The notes beneath the pieces are model-generated. The model searched no databases. It was not told the origin of the DNA and saw only the letters and a list, made by a program, of their open reading frames with translations. Positions 23,051 through 35,388 of a stretch of DNA of 55,995 nt are shown here, one piece after another. Origin of the DNA: Prorocentrum cordatum (Eukaryota); the NCBI GenBank assembly GCA_963575745.1, contig CAUYUJ010000117.1:62001-117995 (forward strand), read 5' to 3'. The position numbers and the translations under genes were made by a program. Position 1 is the first letter of the stretch, and each line of letters opens with the position of its first letter.

Positions 23051-24008
23051 CTCCTCCTCCTCCTGCTCCTCCTCCTCCTACTCATCCTCCTCCTCCTCCC
23101 TCCCCCTCCTCCCTCCTCCCTCCTCCTCCTCCCTCCTCCCTCCTCTCCTCCCTCCTCCCTCCCTCCTCCTCCTCCTCCCCTCCTCCTCCTCTCTCCTCCT
23201 CCTCCTCCTCCTCCTCCTCCTCCTCCTCCTCCTCCTCCTCCTCCTCCCCCCTCCTCCTCCTCCTCCTCCTCCTCCCTCCTCCCTCCTCCCCCCTCCCTCC
23301 CTCCTCCTCCTCCTCCTCCTCCTCCTCCTCCTCCTCCTCCTCCTCCTCCTCCTCCTCCCTCTCCTCCTCCTCCTCCTCCTCCTCCTCCTCCTCCTCCTCC
23401 TCCTCCTCCTCCTCCTCCTCCTCCTCCTCCTCTCCTCCTCCTCCTCCTCCTCCTCCTCCTCCTCCTCCTCCTCCTCCCTCCTCCCCCTCCTCCTCCCCCT
23501 CCCCCTCCCCCCCCTCCCCCCCCTCCCCCCCCCCCTCCCCCCTCCCCCTCCCCCCCCCTCCCCCTCCCCCTCCCCTCCCCCCTCCCCCCTCCCCCTTCCC
23601 CCTCCTCCTCCTCCTCCTCCTCCTCCCCTCCTCCTCCTCCTCCTCCTCCTCCCTCCTCCTCTCCCTCCTCCTCTCCCTCCTCCTGCTCCTCCTGCTCCTC
23701 CTCTCTCCTGCTCCTCCTGCTCCTCCTGCTCCTACCTTCTCCTCCTCCTCCTGCTCCTCCTGCTCCTCCTGCACCTCCTGCTCTCCTGTTCCTCCCTCCT
23801 CCCTCCTCCCCATCCCTCCTCCCTTCTCCCTCCTCCTCCCTCCTCATCCTCCCTCCTCCCTCCTCCCTCCTCCTCCTCCTCTCCTCCTTCTCCTCCCTCC
23901 TCCTCCTCCTCCTCCTCCTCCTCCTCCTCCTCCTCCTCCTCCCTCCTCCTCCTCCCTCCTCCTCCTCCGCCCTCCTCCTCCTCCTCCTCCTCCTCCTCCT
24001 CCTCCTCC
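23051..24008. repeat. ~1-kb degenerate (CCT)n polypyrimidine tract
   Basis: Directly visible; it abuts the 3' end of element D. Confidence 0.95.
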
Positions 24009-24128
24009 TCGACTCGACTCGACTAAGGGGTGTACAAAGTTGCCCGTACCAAGAGGAAAAAGAGAAAGGGAGCATGCACATGCATTCGTGCAGGGGAAGG
24101 AAGGCAGCAGCAGCGGACAGAGAACCAC

Positions 24129-27100
24129 CTACGAAGGCAGCCAGCGCACCACGGGACGCCCCTCAGGTACGGGCGAGGCAGGAGCCACCGCGGCGAAAGC
24201 CCCACTGGACGCGGGCGAGGGAGGCCACGACCCATCGGCGAGACGGGCGGGGGAGGGGAAGGCGTCGAGAGCTCCCACGGAACGTCCAGGGACGCGGCGC
24301 GGGAAGGGTCCGAGGCTGGAACACACGTCCGACATCAGACCAGAGAGGAGCGCCGCCGTGCGGTCCTGGCCTTCAGGGATCCAGGATCCATCATCCTCCC
24401 CCGTCCTGCGGGCAAAACAGAGAGGAGCCTGCCTTCTTCTCCTGCTAAGGGCGGGAGGGGGGGGAGGGGGGGGGGGGAGGGACAGGTGAAGCCGAGGCGG
24501 AGCTGCCTCGTCCACACTCCCACGAACGAGTCGGCCACTCTTTCCCAAACGACTTCAGGAAGGGCCAGAATTTTTTGCACCTGCACGGGCAGACACAGAG
24601 CAGCTCTCGAGGTCGGCGCCTCGGATCGGCAAGGGGTATGAATAGACCACACAGCAGGCACTTGCCTGTCGACAGCGGCCAAAAAAAGGCGAGCGGCGGC
24701 ACGGACCCAAGTGTTCTCTCTCCCAAGAATCTCGCGGGCGGTTTCAGAGGCCCACGGGACCCCCCACTTGAACCTGGAGTCACGCCACGAGCTAACAACT
24801 AGATGGGGTTCGGGAGGACGGTAGGCCATTTCCCAAGACATCCTATCACCGAGAACGCATAGTCCAGCAACGAATCCTTCTTCGATGGCATGCTGAATGC
24901 TTAGAACTAAATCGAGATCCAGCGTAAACTTCTGCGGCTGGCTGGTCCAAGCCGCAATGACCCGCACCTCGATCCCGATGTCGCTGAAATGCTCACATAA
25001 CCAAGGGGACAGGGAGACAAACAAGTCGTAGGAGGGAACGAGGATAACGACATAGGATCTCCCCTGAGGAGAAGGGATCCTGGGCACCGGGGGGTCTTGC
25101 GAGGGACGCGCGGGCTCCTCCACAGAGACAGACGGAACCCCAACCGAAATAGCGCGAGAAGCCACAACGACGGGGTGGAAGGGGGCACCATGCACTTTGC
25201 GAGAAGGGACGTGAACGAAGCACTCACTGAGACCTTTGGATCTGTTGTCGCTCTTGACACGTTTTCTGTCCTCAATGGCTTCAGCCAACTCCGAGGGGGA
25301 GGGGCGGAGCGGGGAGGAGGCCCAAGCCAGCCTACAACCTTGAGCGCCCTGAACACGTTTCAGAAGCCTCGCACCGTCCCAAAATTCGGTAACGCAGACG
25401 GGGCACACAGTGCCCGTGACAAAATTGGTAGGGCTCTCAGAGGTCTCATGGGTCTTACCCACATGAACCTTGATAGTCTTGGGGTCGTCCGCCGTGAATC
25501 CACACGTGTAGCAAAGGTATTTGACGATGGGAGGGGAGGACAATTGCGCACCAGCATTGAGAGTGGGGGGTCCACCTGGGGTCTGACCTTCCACATCCTG
25601 AGTGGCAGGGCGCACAGCAACCATGGGCGTGCGCTCTTCTGCTTCAAAATCTGTGTCTGGTCTTGACTGCTTGAGCTGCTTGACCCAGTGGTCGTGCTCT
25701 AAGTCCTCAACGCAAAAATGCTTAGCCGCCTTCGCAGCCATGGCCCCAAGGCCTTTGAAAACGCCTGGCGTGCGGCGGGCAAGATCGAGGAGTTCTTCGA
25801 TGTACTCTTGGTCACTTTGATCCGTGGGAAACCGAAAACGTCGCATCCATAGCATACCTGCTTGAACGAGCTGGGGCCAACACTTCGGCACACTCCAGAG
25901 AACATCGATCGACACTCTCACAGCTGGCGGGGCGCGAAGCAGTATGCTAGGGAGCATGCGCAATCTGGCAACCGACAAAACTTGGTCGATGGCCAATCGT
26001 TGGGTTCTGAGGTAGACCAAAACATTGGAGTCCTGGTCCCTGGAGTGATTTCGGAGGCCCTTGTTAGCAGCCGTACGTTACACCTGGGAATGGTAGGCAC
26101 GGAGCTTCCTAGCAAGGAAATCAGGGATGTCATCCCAAACTCCAGCCGCATAAAGGAAACGAGTAGCCCCTAACGTTTCAGCGTACCGAACCTTAGTTTG
26201 AATCGAGAGGAGCGGGGAGGGGGACACAACCTTCTTGATGGGTCGGAGAGCACCAACCATGGAGGCGTTCCTGGCACAGATTTCCCTGCCGATCCCCCCA
26301 TTGGCAGACACAAGCACACCCAAAATCTTATGAACTTGAACGACGTCGATGTGTACGTCAAGAGCAGGAAGATGAATCCTGGGCGGGAGGGTATCAAACA
26401 AATTGCGAGAAGCCGCCTTCGCCCCAAGTCCTCTAAAACAGATCAGGGTTTTGGTTTTAGCACTGTTAACGAGAAGCCCACGCTTGCCTACAGAGTCGTG
26501 GATAATTCTGAAGACCTTCGAAAGTTGATGAACGATCGTGTTGGCTGGTCCGCCCACAAGGACCGTCAGATCATCAACAAAAGAGAAATCCGCCACTGGA
26601 TCCTGCCAGTCTTGGGGCCTGGAAGCATGATGGGGAGCAGGCGGGGCCTGCCAGAAGAGATCTTCCGCTTTCATGCGTTCTTGTATTTCGCGAAGGGCAC
26701 TGGAAAACACCAAGTTAAAAACATCCCCCGCCAAAATGGAGCCAGGGCGCGACCCCGCAGACGGAGCAACCCACAAGGCCGAACGGCCAAGCTTCCACAT
26801 GGAACCTGATTGCGATTCCTGCAGTAAGAACAAGATGTGCTCCGTGTCAACATGGGCCTCGAGAAGGGGGTGGGGCACCAAGTTGAGCCCTGACTCCTTC
26901 CTGCAGGAATGGGGTGAGCCCCATAGTTTCCATGGCGTGGGCAAGGGAAGTCTCTTCTCGTGGGAGCGCCAAGGCCACCTGCTTCACGAGATCAATGCAC
27001 AAGGCACCCGCACTTTGTTTAGCCTGCTTCGTAGCATGCCAATGCAGCCGAATCCCCAGCAAGGCGCGTTCGACTCCTTTTCCCTGGATACCACCCACCT

Positions 27101-30100
27101 GCGTGCACAAAAGAGAAGCATAAATGAAGTCAGTGGCTTTCTGACGTAAGAAACGATGATGCATCTTGGAGATCGCGTTGCATTTATGAATGTTGCGCTG
27201 CGCGGCAGCCGTCCAAACATCACCACTGCCTTTGTGAAAAAAAGGCAACCTCCCCGAGCTTAAACCCCAAAGGCTAACGACAATGCGCAGCTGCTTTGAC
27301 CAGGATGGGAGCGAACACCTCGGACAACCCACAGGGATCAGCTTTAAACAACTCATCTCGAAAGAAATCAGGCCCCGCACTGCGGTGGGCCTGAGCCTTG
27401 CTGAACAACAGCTGCAAATCGAAGGGAGAGGGAATCGCCTCAATACTTCGGACGAGGGGGCCCAAGGGATTGATTCTACACTCGTCGTTATACTTACTGA
27501 TACCTTCACAGTACGAGAGCTCCTTGGCCCGTTCAATCTTCGCAAAATGAGCTTGCACAATTTCATGGACCTGTTCAGGGGTGCGGGCGGGTTTTCCTTG
27601 ACAATCCAACATAAACGGGAAACTCGGGGCCTGCTTCGGCGCTCGACCAGCGAAACGCAGAACACGGGAGAGATGGTTCCACTCACGTTGAGGGGCCCGT
27701 CCGTCGATGCTGGCCCTGACACTTGCCAGTTCCTTCTGCAGGAAGGCGTCTTTATCCAACTGAAAAGAACGAGCCACAAAAACGGACTTGCCTAGAAACA
27801 TGCTCTGAAGGCGAAGCATGAAGATATCAGCTCTTATGTCCTTGGGATCAGCACGGCGCGCAGAGATAACAAATTCTTTGGCGCATCCGCCGAGGTCTTC
27901 GAATATTCGCTTCCATTCCTGCATGATCGTCTGGTACGTCCTAGGCAACTGCAAGGCGATGTGGGGGGGCAGCTCAAAATCATCAAAACAAGAGCCGCCA
28001 TGCGACCCCGCAGACAATAGGTCTGGAGGTAACCCCAGGATCTCAGCAACTTGGCTAAGCCACTCCTGACTTTCCGTGTGCCCAAGTGACGTCACTGAAA
28101 GATCCCCTTTCCAAAGGCGGCAAGCAAAACGGCGGAGGGTATCAAGTTTCTGGGAGGACTGGAGAACGCCACTGGCTTTCATTAACACCCTCTTGATACC
28201 CCTCCTGACCCGAAGAAACAGAAGGGAGCGGTTAGACACATAGGGGGGTTGGGTGGAACGCACATCCTTGGGGAAGGCCTCAGCGGCCGCCGACATAACC
28301 TGATCCTGAACCGTGCTCAAGTGGGCATTCATGTCCGTCTCCCAAGGGATAGGCGGGATTTTGGCAATAGCCTCCCGAAAGGCCACCACCGCTTCAGGGC
28401 GCTTCGTTTTTAAACAGTCGAAGGAAGGGCAATCCTTTTTTTTCTTTCTGTGCACCGTCTCAGCCCAAGCAAATTTGACCTGCAGAGGAGCATGGTCAGT
28501 CTCTTCCATTCCGTTGTCGAAATGGTGCAGCACGCTCACCTCCTTGGCGTGCACAAAAAACGCTCTGGAGGTGGCAACATAGTCAATCCTGTGCTTTCCC
28601 CCTCCTTTCGCGACATACGTAAAACTCGGGTCGTGGGGGATAAAGGTATTGATCACTTTGAGCTCGAGGGAGGCCATTTTTTCATGGAAGACATCCCCAG
28701 GCTGGTCCTGACCCTGGATAAAGCCCTCAGCCCCAACGGCCTCACTAGTCACGTCGCCAACTCTGGCGTTAGCATCGACTAAAACCATGTCAATACTATA
28801 CTCCGAAATAAGACGCTCCGCCTGCTCCCAGAACTCCCGCACCTTAGGCATGCCTTGACGCACATGCGGGGCATGCAACGAGGCAACTCTGACAGCAAAG
28901 TGAGGCGCACTGACAGCCACAGCAAGGAAGCGGGGATGGGAGTGGAAGACAGAGTTGGTTGCAGCTCAGGAGGAGCTGCTTTCCTCCGGCTTTGCCATAA
29001 GGGGTCTCCCCATTAAACCAAACTTCGCACCCTAAGCCGGTGCCGTCAACCCCCGAGGAGACCGCCCAGAACTTACCTTGGCGGCGAATCCCTTTTTTGT
29101 TCCAGGCTTCTTGAAGCCCAACCACCAGGGCGTCGGTTTTTTCGAGTTGGGTCGTGATGATTTGAGTCCTCATGAATCTGCGCTTCCCAACCGACCCCAA
29201 CTTTTTCTCCACCGAGATGCTTTTTACATTGTACTGTATAACCGAGAAAGCGAAAGAGGCCTTGACCTTGATTCTTTCGTCTATGTGGGGCTCGGAGTCG
29301 GGCATGGGGACGCCCATGATCTGATGTCTTACTTTAAAGTCCTGCGGGCCATGAGGTAGCTGGTCCTCCGCATCAGCAGTGAACCGCTCAGGGTAGGCCG
29401 CGCGATCCTCAGCGCTCGCAAAATCAAGCCAACTCCACTCCAACGCGTGCACAAAAAGCGTGGTGCGCACAAGACGAGGCGGCAAGACAGTGACACGGTT
29501 GATGTTGCCCTGCATCACATTGCGGGCAATGAAATCAGCGAGTGTGTTCCAGGGATGCTCATTGTGGGCACGAATGTAACAGACCTCCAGAGGTCTGACA
29601 CGACGCACCGTCCGAATAATGGCAACAAGGAGACGCATAACCTCGTGCTTGGGGTCAATAGTAGAAACTCCATTGACAACATCAACAGCATTCTTGGAGT
29701 CAGAAAAAATAGAGACGGGACTCCTATCCTGCGAAGCAATAGATTCTCCTAAGATCTGCACGCAAATCCAAAATATGCCAAGGGCCTCATGGTGCAGAAT
29801 GTCTGGATCGTCTGTCGTTGGTCGAGCCTGGCAAGACGCCCCCCAGTCACAAGACCAGAAGCCCCCGAACGCGCAAAGGTTGTCAGAAAGCTTACGAACG
29901 CACACGGAAGCCCAAGCGCCCTGGGTACCATCACCAGGTTTGGTCGACCCGTCCGTAAAGAAGTGGAGCTCACGGTGAGGTTCGCTGCTAGGGGGGGAAT
30001 CCTCAAGAGCATTCCTGGACACCTCTGGAAGGTCAAAGCTGCTAACATCCTGGTCCAAAGGAGGGCAATTTACCTCCGTCAAAATCTGCTTGAGAGACGG

Positions 30101-32860
30101 CTGATCCGTAGGGATGTGTATCCTATAGAACGAATCTAAAAGCTCCCCAGCCTCGGGTGGGGGGTCGGGTGGGGGGGGGGGACAGGGTCGAGATCTCCAT
30201 GGGCTCCGTCCTGGGGAGGTCCTGGTGAGCGCACTGCCTGGCCTTCATAAGTAGGGCGGCTGTCCGTGACCGCGCTAGGGCAGGGAGAAGCAGGAATAGC
30301 TTCACACAGGCTGATCACGAATTTCGAATTGCCTGTGCTTGGTACGGGCAACCGCTTTTGTCCATCTTGGTCCGAGGTCTGCATGTGGCGGGAGCTGCAG
30401 ACGTCACTTGGGGCGTCGCATGGCTCCTGGGCTGCAACTACTTCTCCCTGCTGAGGCGGTGCTCCGCCGTTTGGCGGTACAACTGTGCTTCCACATTCAT
30501 CATTAAAAACCTGCGCTGCTCCCGTTGATGCGCGGGTGCGTAGCGGAGGACGGCGGCGCCCGCTGGGAGAAGGCAAATCCACGCTGGGCACGTCGTCGGA
30601 ATCGAAAACTCCTGGAGACTCGAATGCGTCAAACAAACGTGCTGGTGCTGGAAAGTGCCCCCACACGCTTCTGGGAAAGGGAATTGCCGTGGAAGTGACT
30701 AGTTCAGTCAAAACCTCACTCAAACAGCGAGCGCCTTCCACTGCAGACAGAACTGTCAGCCGCGTGACAGATCTGCTAGCACTGCTATGCACGCCTACTG
30801 TACCTCGTAGATGTGGTCGGTGGGGTCGTGGTTCTGGGATTGGCACCAGTGGTATGATGGCTCCGAATGCAGGGTCCGACACTTCAGAATCATACAGAAT
30901 ACCAATACCACCTGCCATGCGGTCCAACCGGTCTCGAGCCTGGTTTGCAGCTCTCCGCGCACGTTGAACATGTTCGGTGTGGCGTTCAGGGTCCTGTTCT
31001 TGTAGTCGTCTGAGGCTGCGCTGATACCGAAGCCTGCCACGACGTGCTCTCCGCCAGGCCCTGGAACAAATATCCCTAGCGATGGCCCAAGCATCAGCAG
31101 GATCCCGAATATCCGCCTGGACTGCTGGAAGCAATACCAACATATTGTGCACATATGGCGTACATATGGCCTGCCAATCCTGCATGGTCTGACCTGGACC
31201 AAGGATACTCTCCAAAATGTACCAATGTGGTACTTGGTCACGCACTTCATTCTCGATGCGACGCTGATGCCTTTGCGACTGTAGCCGAACAGGATCCATC
31301 TGTCTGGAATTTGCCCCACGTAGCGCAGTAGCTGCCACCGACACGGGTAACAGCTTGAGATTTGTCTGGACCATAGCAAACTCGTCAAACTCGCTGTGAT
31401 GGCTGTGATCCACGGGAGCTTCTCCATCTTGAACTTCGGAACTTTGCTCGATGTCTGCGTCCCATGGCGGAGGTGGCACGTACAATTGAAACTCGGGTGC
31501 GATGTAATGCTCTAGTGGTGCAGCTTTGACAACCGCTGGGTCTGCAGCATCGTGTGCAACCATCCACTCCAACAGCTGTTGTTCCTCAGCGATTGCTCGC
31601 TGTTGTTCTGCCGTGAGCAATTCATCCATGCCTCCTGAAGCCAGTAGCTGAGCCCGCCGCATGGCTGTGTCGAACATGCGCTGGAGTACATCGTCAATGT
31701 TGGTCTGGGCCGTGATGCCGAGCTCGCTAGCATGTCCCAAGCGGCGTCTGGCTGCGAGTAGTTCGTGCTGGTGGCGTCGCAGAATACCCAGCCACGCTAT
31801 CGGTCCAGCTCTCCATGCCACTGAGTAGCTACGCAGGTAGCTGAGACGGTGAGGGTGATCATTCGCGAATACAGACTCACATATATCACCTGCTACCGCC
31901 CGAATAGTGTCAGTATCTCCGTTGTGTAGGGGCCGCAAAAACTCATCATGAAGAAGACGGTTGCTTACCATGGGAATGCACCATGGCAGCCAATCCCGTC
32001 TCGCTTGATCCTCTGACCACAATGCTGAGTCGTAGGCCCAGCAGGGGCAAAATTGCTCAAGGTGAGACATCAAGTAGCTTCGGGCTGATAAGGCCCTTCT
32101 CTGCGCAGCTCGGTCATCACCTCGCTGTAGTCCCCCATGTGCCGTAGGATAGTGCTCATGGGGGGGGGGGCAACGCACGCTCCTTTGAATTGAGAGCTTG
32201 GCTCACCCGCATGGGCTCTAAGGGTGCGCGCCCCCCCCCCCCCATAGAACGCCATAGGGGTCGCACTTCGTCTGATTGTGAGGGCCCAAGGCCCTGTGCA
32301 CAATGTCTGCCCACTCCACGAGTGTGGGCTGGGAAGCCGCTTCCTTCCCCGAACTGGGAGCGGTCCAGCCGCGGTCCCTGTTGGCGACAGAGCCTCTGGT
32401 ATAGGCATGGGCCCCTGAGGCTGCCAGTCGCGGGGAACATCCTGGAGCATTGACGGCCCCATCTCCAGGGTGCTGGTACAGCTTGTAGAAGAAATGATGA
32501 TACGATTCGTCAACTACCAGGTCCCGAGGTAGAAGTGAAACTTGTTGGCTGGGTCTTGGCCGTGCTGTACCCGGCGGCGTGACGCCACACTGCTGCTGCC
32601 GAGGTACTCCTGACGGCGCAACTGCGTAGTGAGACTGAGGTATTGGCCGTGTAGATCCCAACGGCTTAGCGAAAGCAACTGTCATTGATTCTTTCAAATC
32701 AAAGCTATAACTGTGCAGACCATCAGGAGCTGCGTGTACTGGCTGAATTGGCTCTGTACGACTATCCATCGACGATCCAATCTTTGAATTATTAACGTAG
32801 TAGTAGGTCTCCTGCAGTCCCCAGTAGACCTTCTTCTTCTTCTTGGTGATCTCGTTCACA
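24129..32860 (-). pseudogene. Element D ORF2 polyprotein (frameshifted)
   Basis: RNase H at ~29520-29970: FFTDGS, HHEALG, FSDSKNA, IRAH, WNTLAD. EN at ~28480-29250: QYNVKS, GLQEA, SLHAPH, VDANAR, HRIDYV, TDHAPL. RT at ~26300-27390: SAGPD, CIDL, GSILAGDVF, FVDDL, NSAKTK, ILG. Fingers: CYTCG..HVGKTH and CPVC at ~25390-25515. Confidence 0.88.
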
Positions 32861-35243
32861 TGTCTGTATCCGCTCTGCGTTCGACTGTCTGAGATTTGCT
32901 CTCGGGTGTGGCACCCGTCGGCACCAGGCTGGCTCCCGTTTCGTCGGTAGCGGAGCGTCTGGCGCCCCGAGCCTTCTGTGGTGTGCTGGGTACTGCGACT
33001 GAGGCTGCTGTTGGTACCGCCGTCGATGCCGCCGCCTCTGGACAGAAACCAGGTTGCCGCAGGGAAGCCTGCAGCCTGGCAGCAGACTCCGCCGCTTCTG
33101 TCCGCTGGATCGCATCCAAAGCTTCCGCCTCCTCTACCTTTTCTCACAACTTCCAACGCTGCTGCCACCTCTGACCTCTCGTCCTGAGAGCTGAGGATCT
33201 CGATCGGGGCGGGGGCCGTGACCGAGTGGGAAGGTGCTGGAATGAACTCCGCTTCGAGGGGCTGAGTCGGCGAGATCTCGATGGACGGCTGGGCAGATGG
33301 CTGCGGGGTAGGCGGTATCCCCCAGAACTGAGTCGGTCCCATAGCCCCTCCGCGTTCCCACATAGACGCTGGTACTGTTGCTGGCTGCGCTGCTGGCGAC
33401 CCCTGGGGCTCCGACGCAGGAGGTGTAGGAGACAAGGGCGGGATCTGCGTCGGCGTCAGTGGTGTAGCTGAGTCGGGCGTAGGGCGAGGGGCCAGCCCCG
33501 CTGCCGAGAAGATCGCAACTGGGGCTCCCATGGGTCCTTTTCCTGGCTGATGCTGAAAAAGATGGGGCCCCACCTGGTAGGGATCGGTCTGGGCCCGGAG
33601 AGCTCCACGCCTTTGCCCAACTTGCCGCCCTTCATAGTCTCCAACTGCATCGCGATGTCGGGGGGCATCCCTGGTATCTGCTGCTGCTGCTGCTGGTGGA
33701 AGATGGCTGAGGCCTGAGCTTGTAGCTGAGCATGTTGCTGCTGAGCATGCTGAGCCTCCAGCTGGGCACGGGCCTGAATGGCTTGTTCGTGCTGAGCCTG
33801 CTGAGCCTGGGCTTGGGCTTGCTGGTTGCCCTGCAGCTGACCCTGCTGCATCTGCGGAGCCTGGGCATGATGTTGCTGCTGGAGATGTTGTTGCTGACCA
33901 GCCGTGGTCTGCACCTGAGCCACTTGCTGCTGAGCCGGGCTCTGAGCATGGGTCCATGTATTGCCAGATAACTGTTGCTGCATGTGCTGACCCTGGCCTT
34001 GGAACTGGTACATCAACTGCTGCTGCTGCTGCATGAAACTGGCCAAGAGAGCTTGCTGGTGCTGCTGTTGCTGGTCCATTTCCTCCTGACGCTTCAGCAT
34101 CACCGAGAAGCAGTCGGCCATCGTGGCGTTCTGGCTCGGTGTATACCCTAGGCGAGAGGGAATCGAGCGTCTGGCTTCCACAGCTGCCTGAGACGATGAC
34201 GGTAGTGACGGCCTGGACCTGGGCGGATATTCGCCCGTCGGCTGCTGCTGAGGCGATGTAGGCGGAGGGTGCTGCGGGGGCGGGCAAGGTGGGCCCTCTG
34301 AGGGCGCCACAGGAGCCTGCGCTTGGCCCGTCACAGCCGCCAAGTAACTCTGCCCATGGGTCCACTGATGCCTCTGTTGAGGAGCACCATCCATATTCAC
34401 GTCGCAGTTGGTCGTCGCCTCCTGTTGTGCCGCAGCTCGTTGCGCTGCCAAGGTAGCCTCCTCCTCCTGAATGGCCTGCTCGATGTCCTGCACTGACTGG
34501 CGAGACTCTCCGACCAACTCGATCAGCTCGTCCTCCTTTGACTCCAGATCTCGTAGCTTGGATTGGAGGTCCTTTAGCTGCTCCTCGAAGCGAGACTGAC
34601 GCATGCGTGCGTCTGCTAGTTGCTGGCCTAGAGGTTTCAAGAGCGTGATGGCGTAGCTGATCATGGCCATCTCTTCTCGCTCCTGAGTCTCCTCTTTGCC
34701 TGCCCTCTTCGCCGCAACCACAAGGCGAGCCAGAGTTGTGAGGCGCTCTTTCGCTCTCTTGCTCCAGTTGGCGCGGAGGTTCTCCTGAAGCGGGGGAGCC
34801 CAGCGCTCCCATTCTGGGTGGGACTCGGCCGTCTCCTTGAGGGCGGGGGTGAGCTTGGCGACCACCTGCTGAGTCTCGCGGTCGATCGCCTGAGCCTCCT
34901 GCCACGGCGGCTTGTGCTTGTCCCTGTTGCGCTGGGCAGAACGAGCACGAGTGGGCGCTTTGTAGGTAGTACCACATGCACAGTACCAAGAAGCTGCACT
35001 GTTGAGCTGACCGCAACCGCAACGCCAACGCTGGTCGGCACGCCAGGCCATGTACTGCTGATCTCGTCCTGCTTGGCTGAGGTTGCCCGCAGACGGGGCT
35101 GAATGATGGCGGGCCAACAGGCGCCGTGCCCTCCACACACGTAGAAGGGTCCTGGCAATGGACCTCTTCTTTCGGGCTCGGCGATGCCAGCTGGGCTCCG
35201 CTGGCTGGAAGGTATGCGTGATGGGCAACGGGGTGCCTCGCAC
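32856..35243 (-). pseudogene. Element D ORF1: zinc finger (WRCGCGQLN...CACG), coiled coil, Gln-rich and Pro-rich tail
   Basis: ORF 33456-35243 continues through frameshifts into the Pro-rich frame and the ORF ending at 32856. It sits directly after the SL and 5' UTR. Confidence 0.75.
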
Positions 35244-35348
35244 GCGGGAAGAAAGGATAGTGGTCAGCCTACGTGAGGTGCTGACGCACTGAAGGTCAGA
35301 CGACTTGCTGCGGGTCGGCCTCCCCAGGCGGACCCGTCAAGCCCAAAC

Positions 35349-35387
35349 CTTGAGCCAAAATGGCTACGGTACACAAATGGCTACGGT
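35349..35387 (-). other. Perfect DinoSL (35349-35370) preceded by a partial SL copy (35375-35387)
   Basis: Sense strand reads ACCGTAGCCATTT-GTGT-ACCGTAGCCATTTTGGCTCAAG-GTTTGGG. Confidence 0.97.
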
Positions 35388-35388
35388 A

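Larger units (their letters stand above)
24009..35388 (-). mobile_element. Element D: full-length 11.4-kb SL-headed LINE (ORF1; unknown domain x2, RNase H, EN, RT, C2H2, methyltransferase-like tail)
   Basis: DinoSL at the 5' end and a (GTCGA)3 tail at 24009-24023. Both ends sit in (CCT)n tracts and the domains are collinear on the minus strand, with frameshifts. Confidence 0.9.

Noticed and set aside
22441..24489. Long poly-Pro/Ser/Leu/Glu ORFs (also 12291-13744, 35305-36507, 4635-5727)
   Set aside because: These are stop-free readings of (CCT)n microsatellites, not proteins.
24452..32243. Programmed frameshifting in element D
   Set aside because: Several shifts fall in long G/C homopolymers (24452-24481, 30160-30181, 32160-32170, 32231-32243) and are better explained by slippage or sequencing error.
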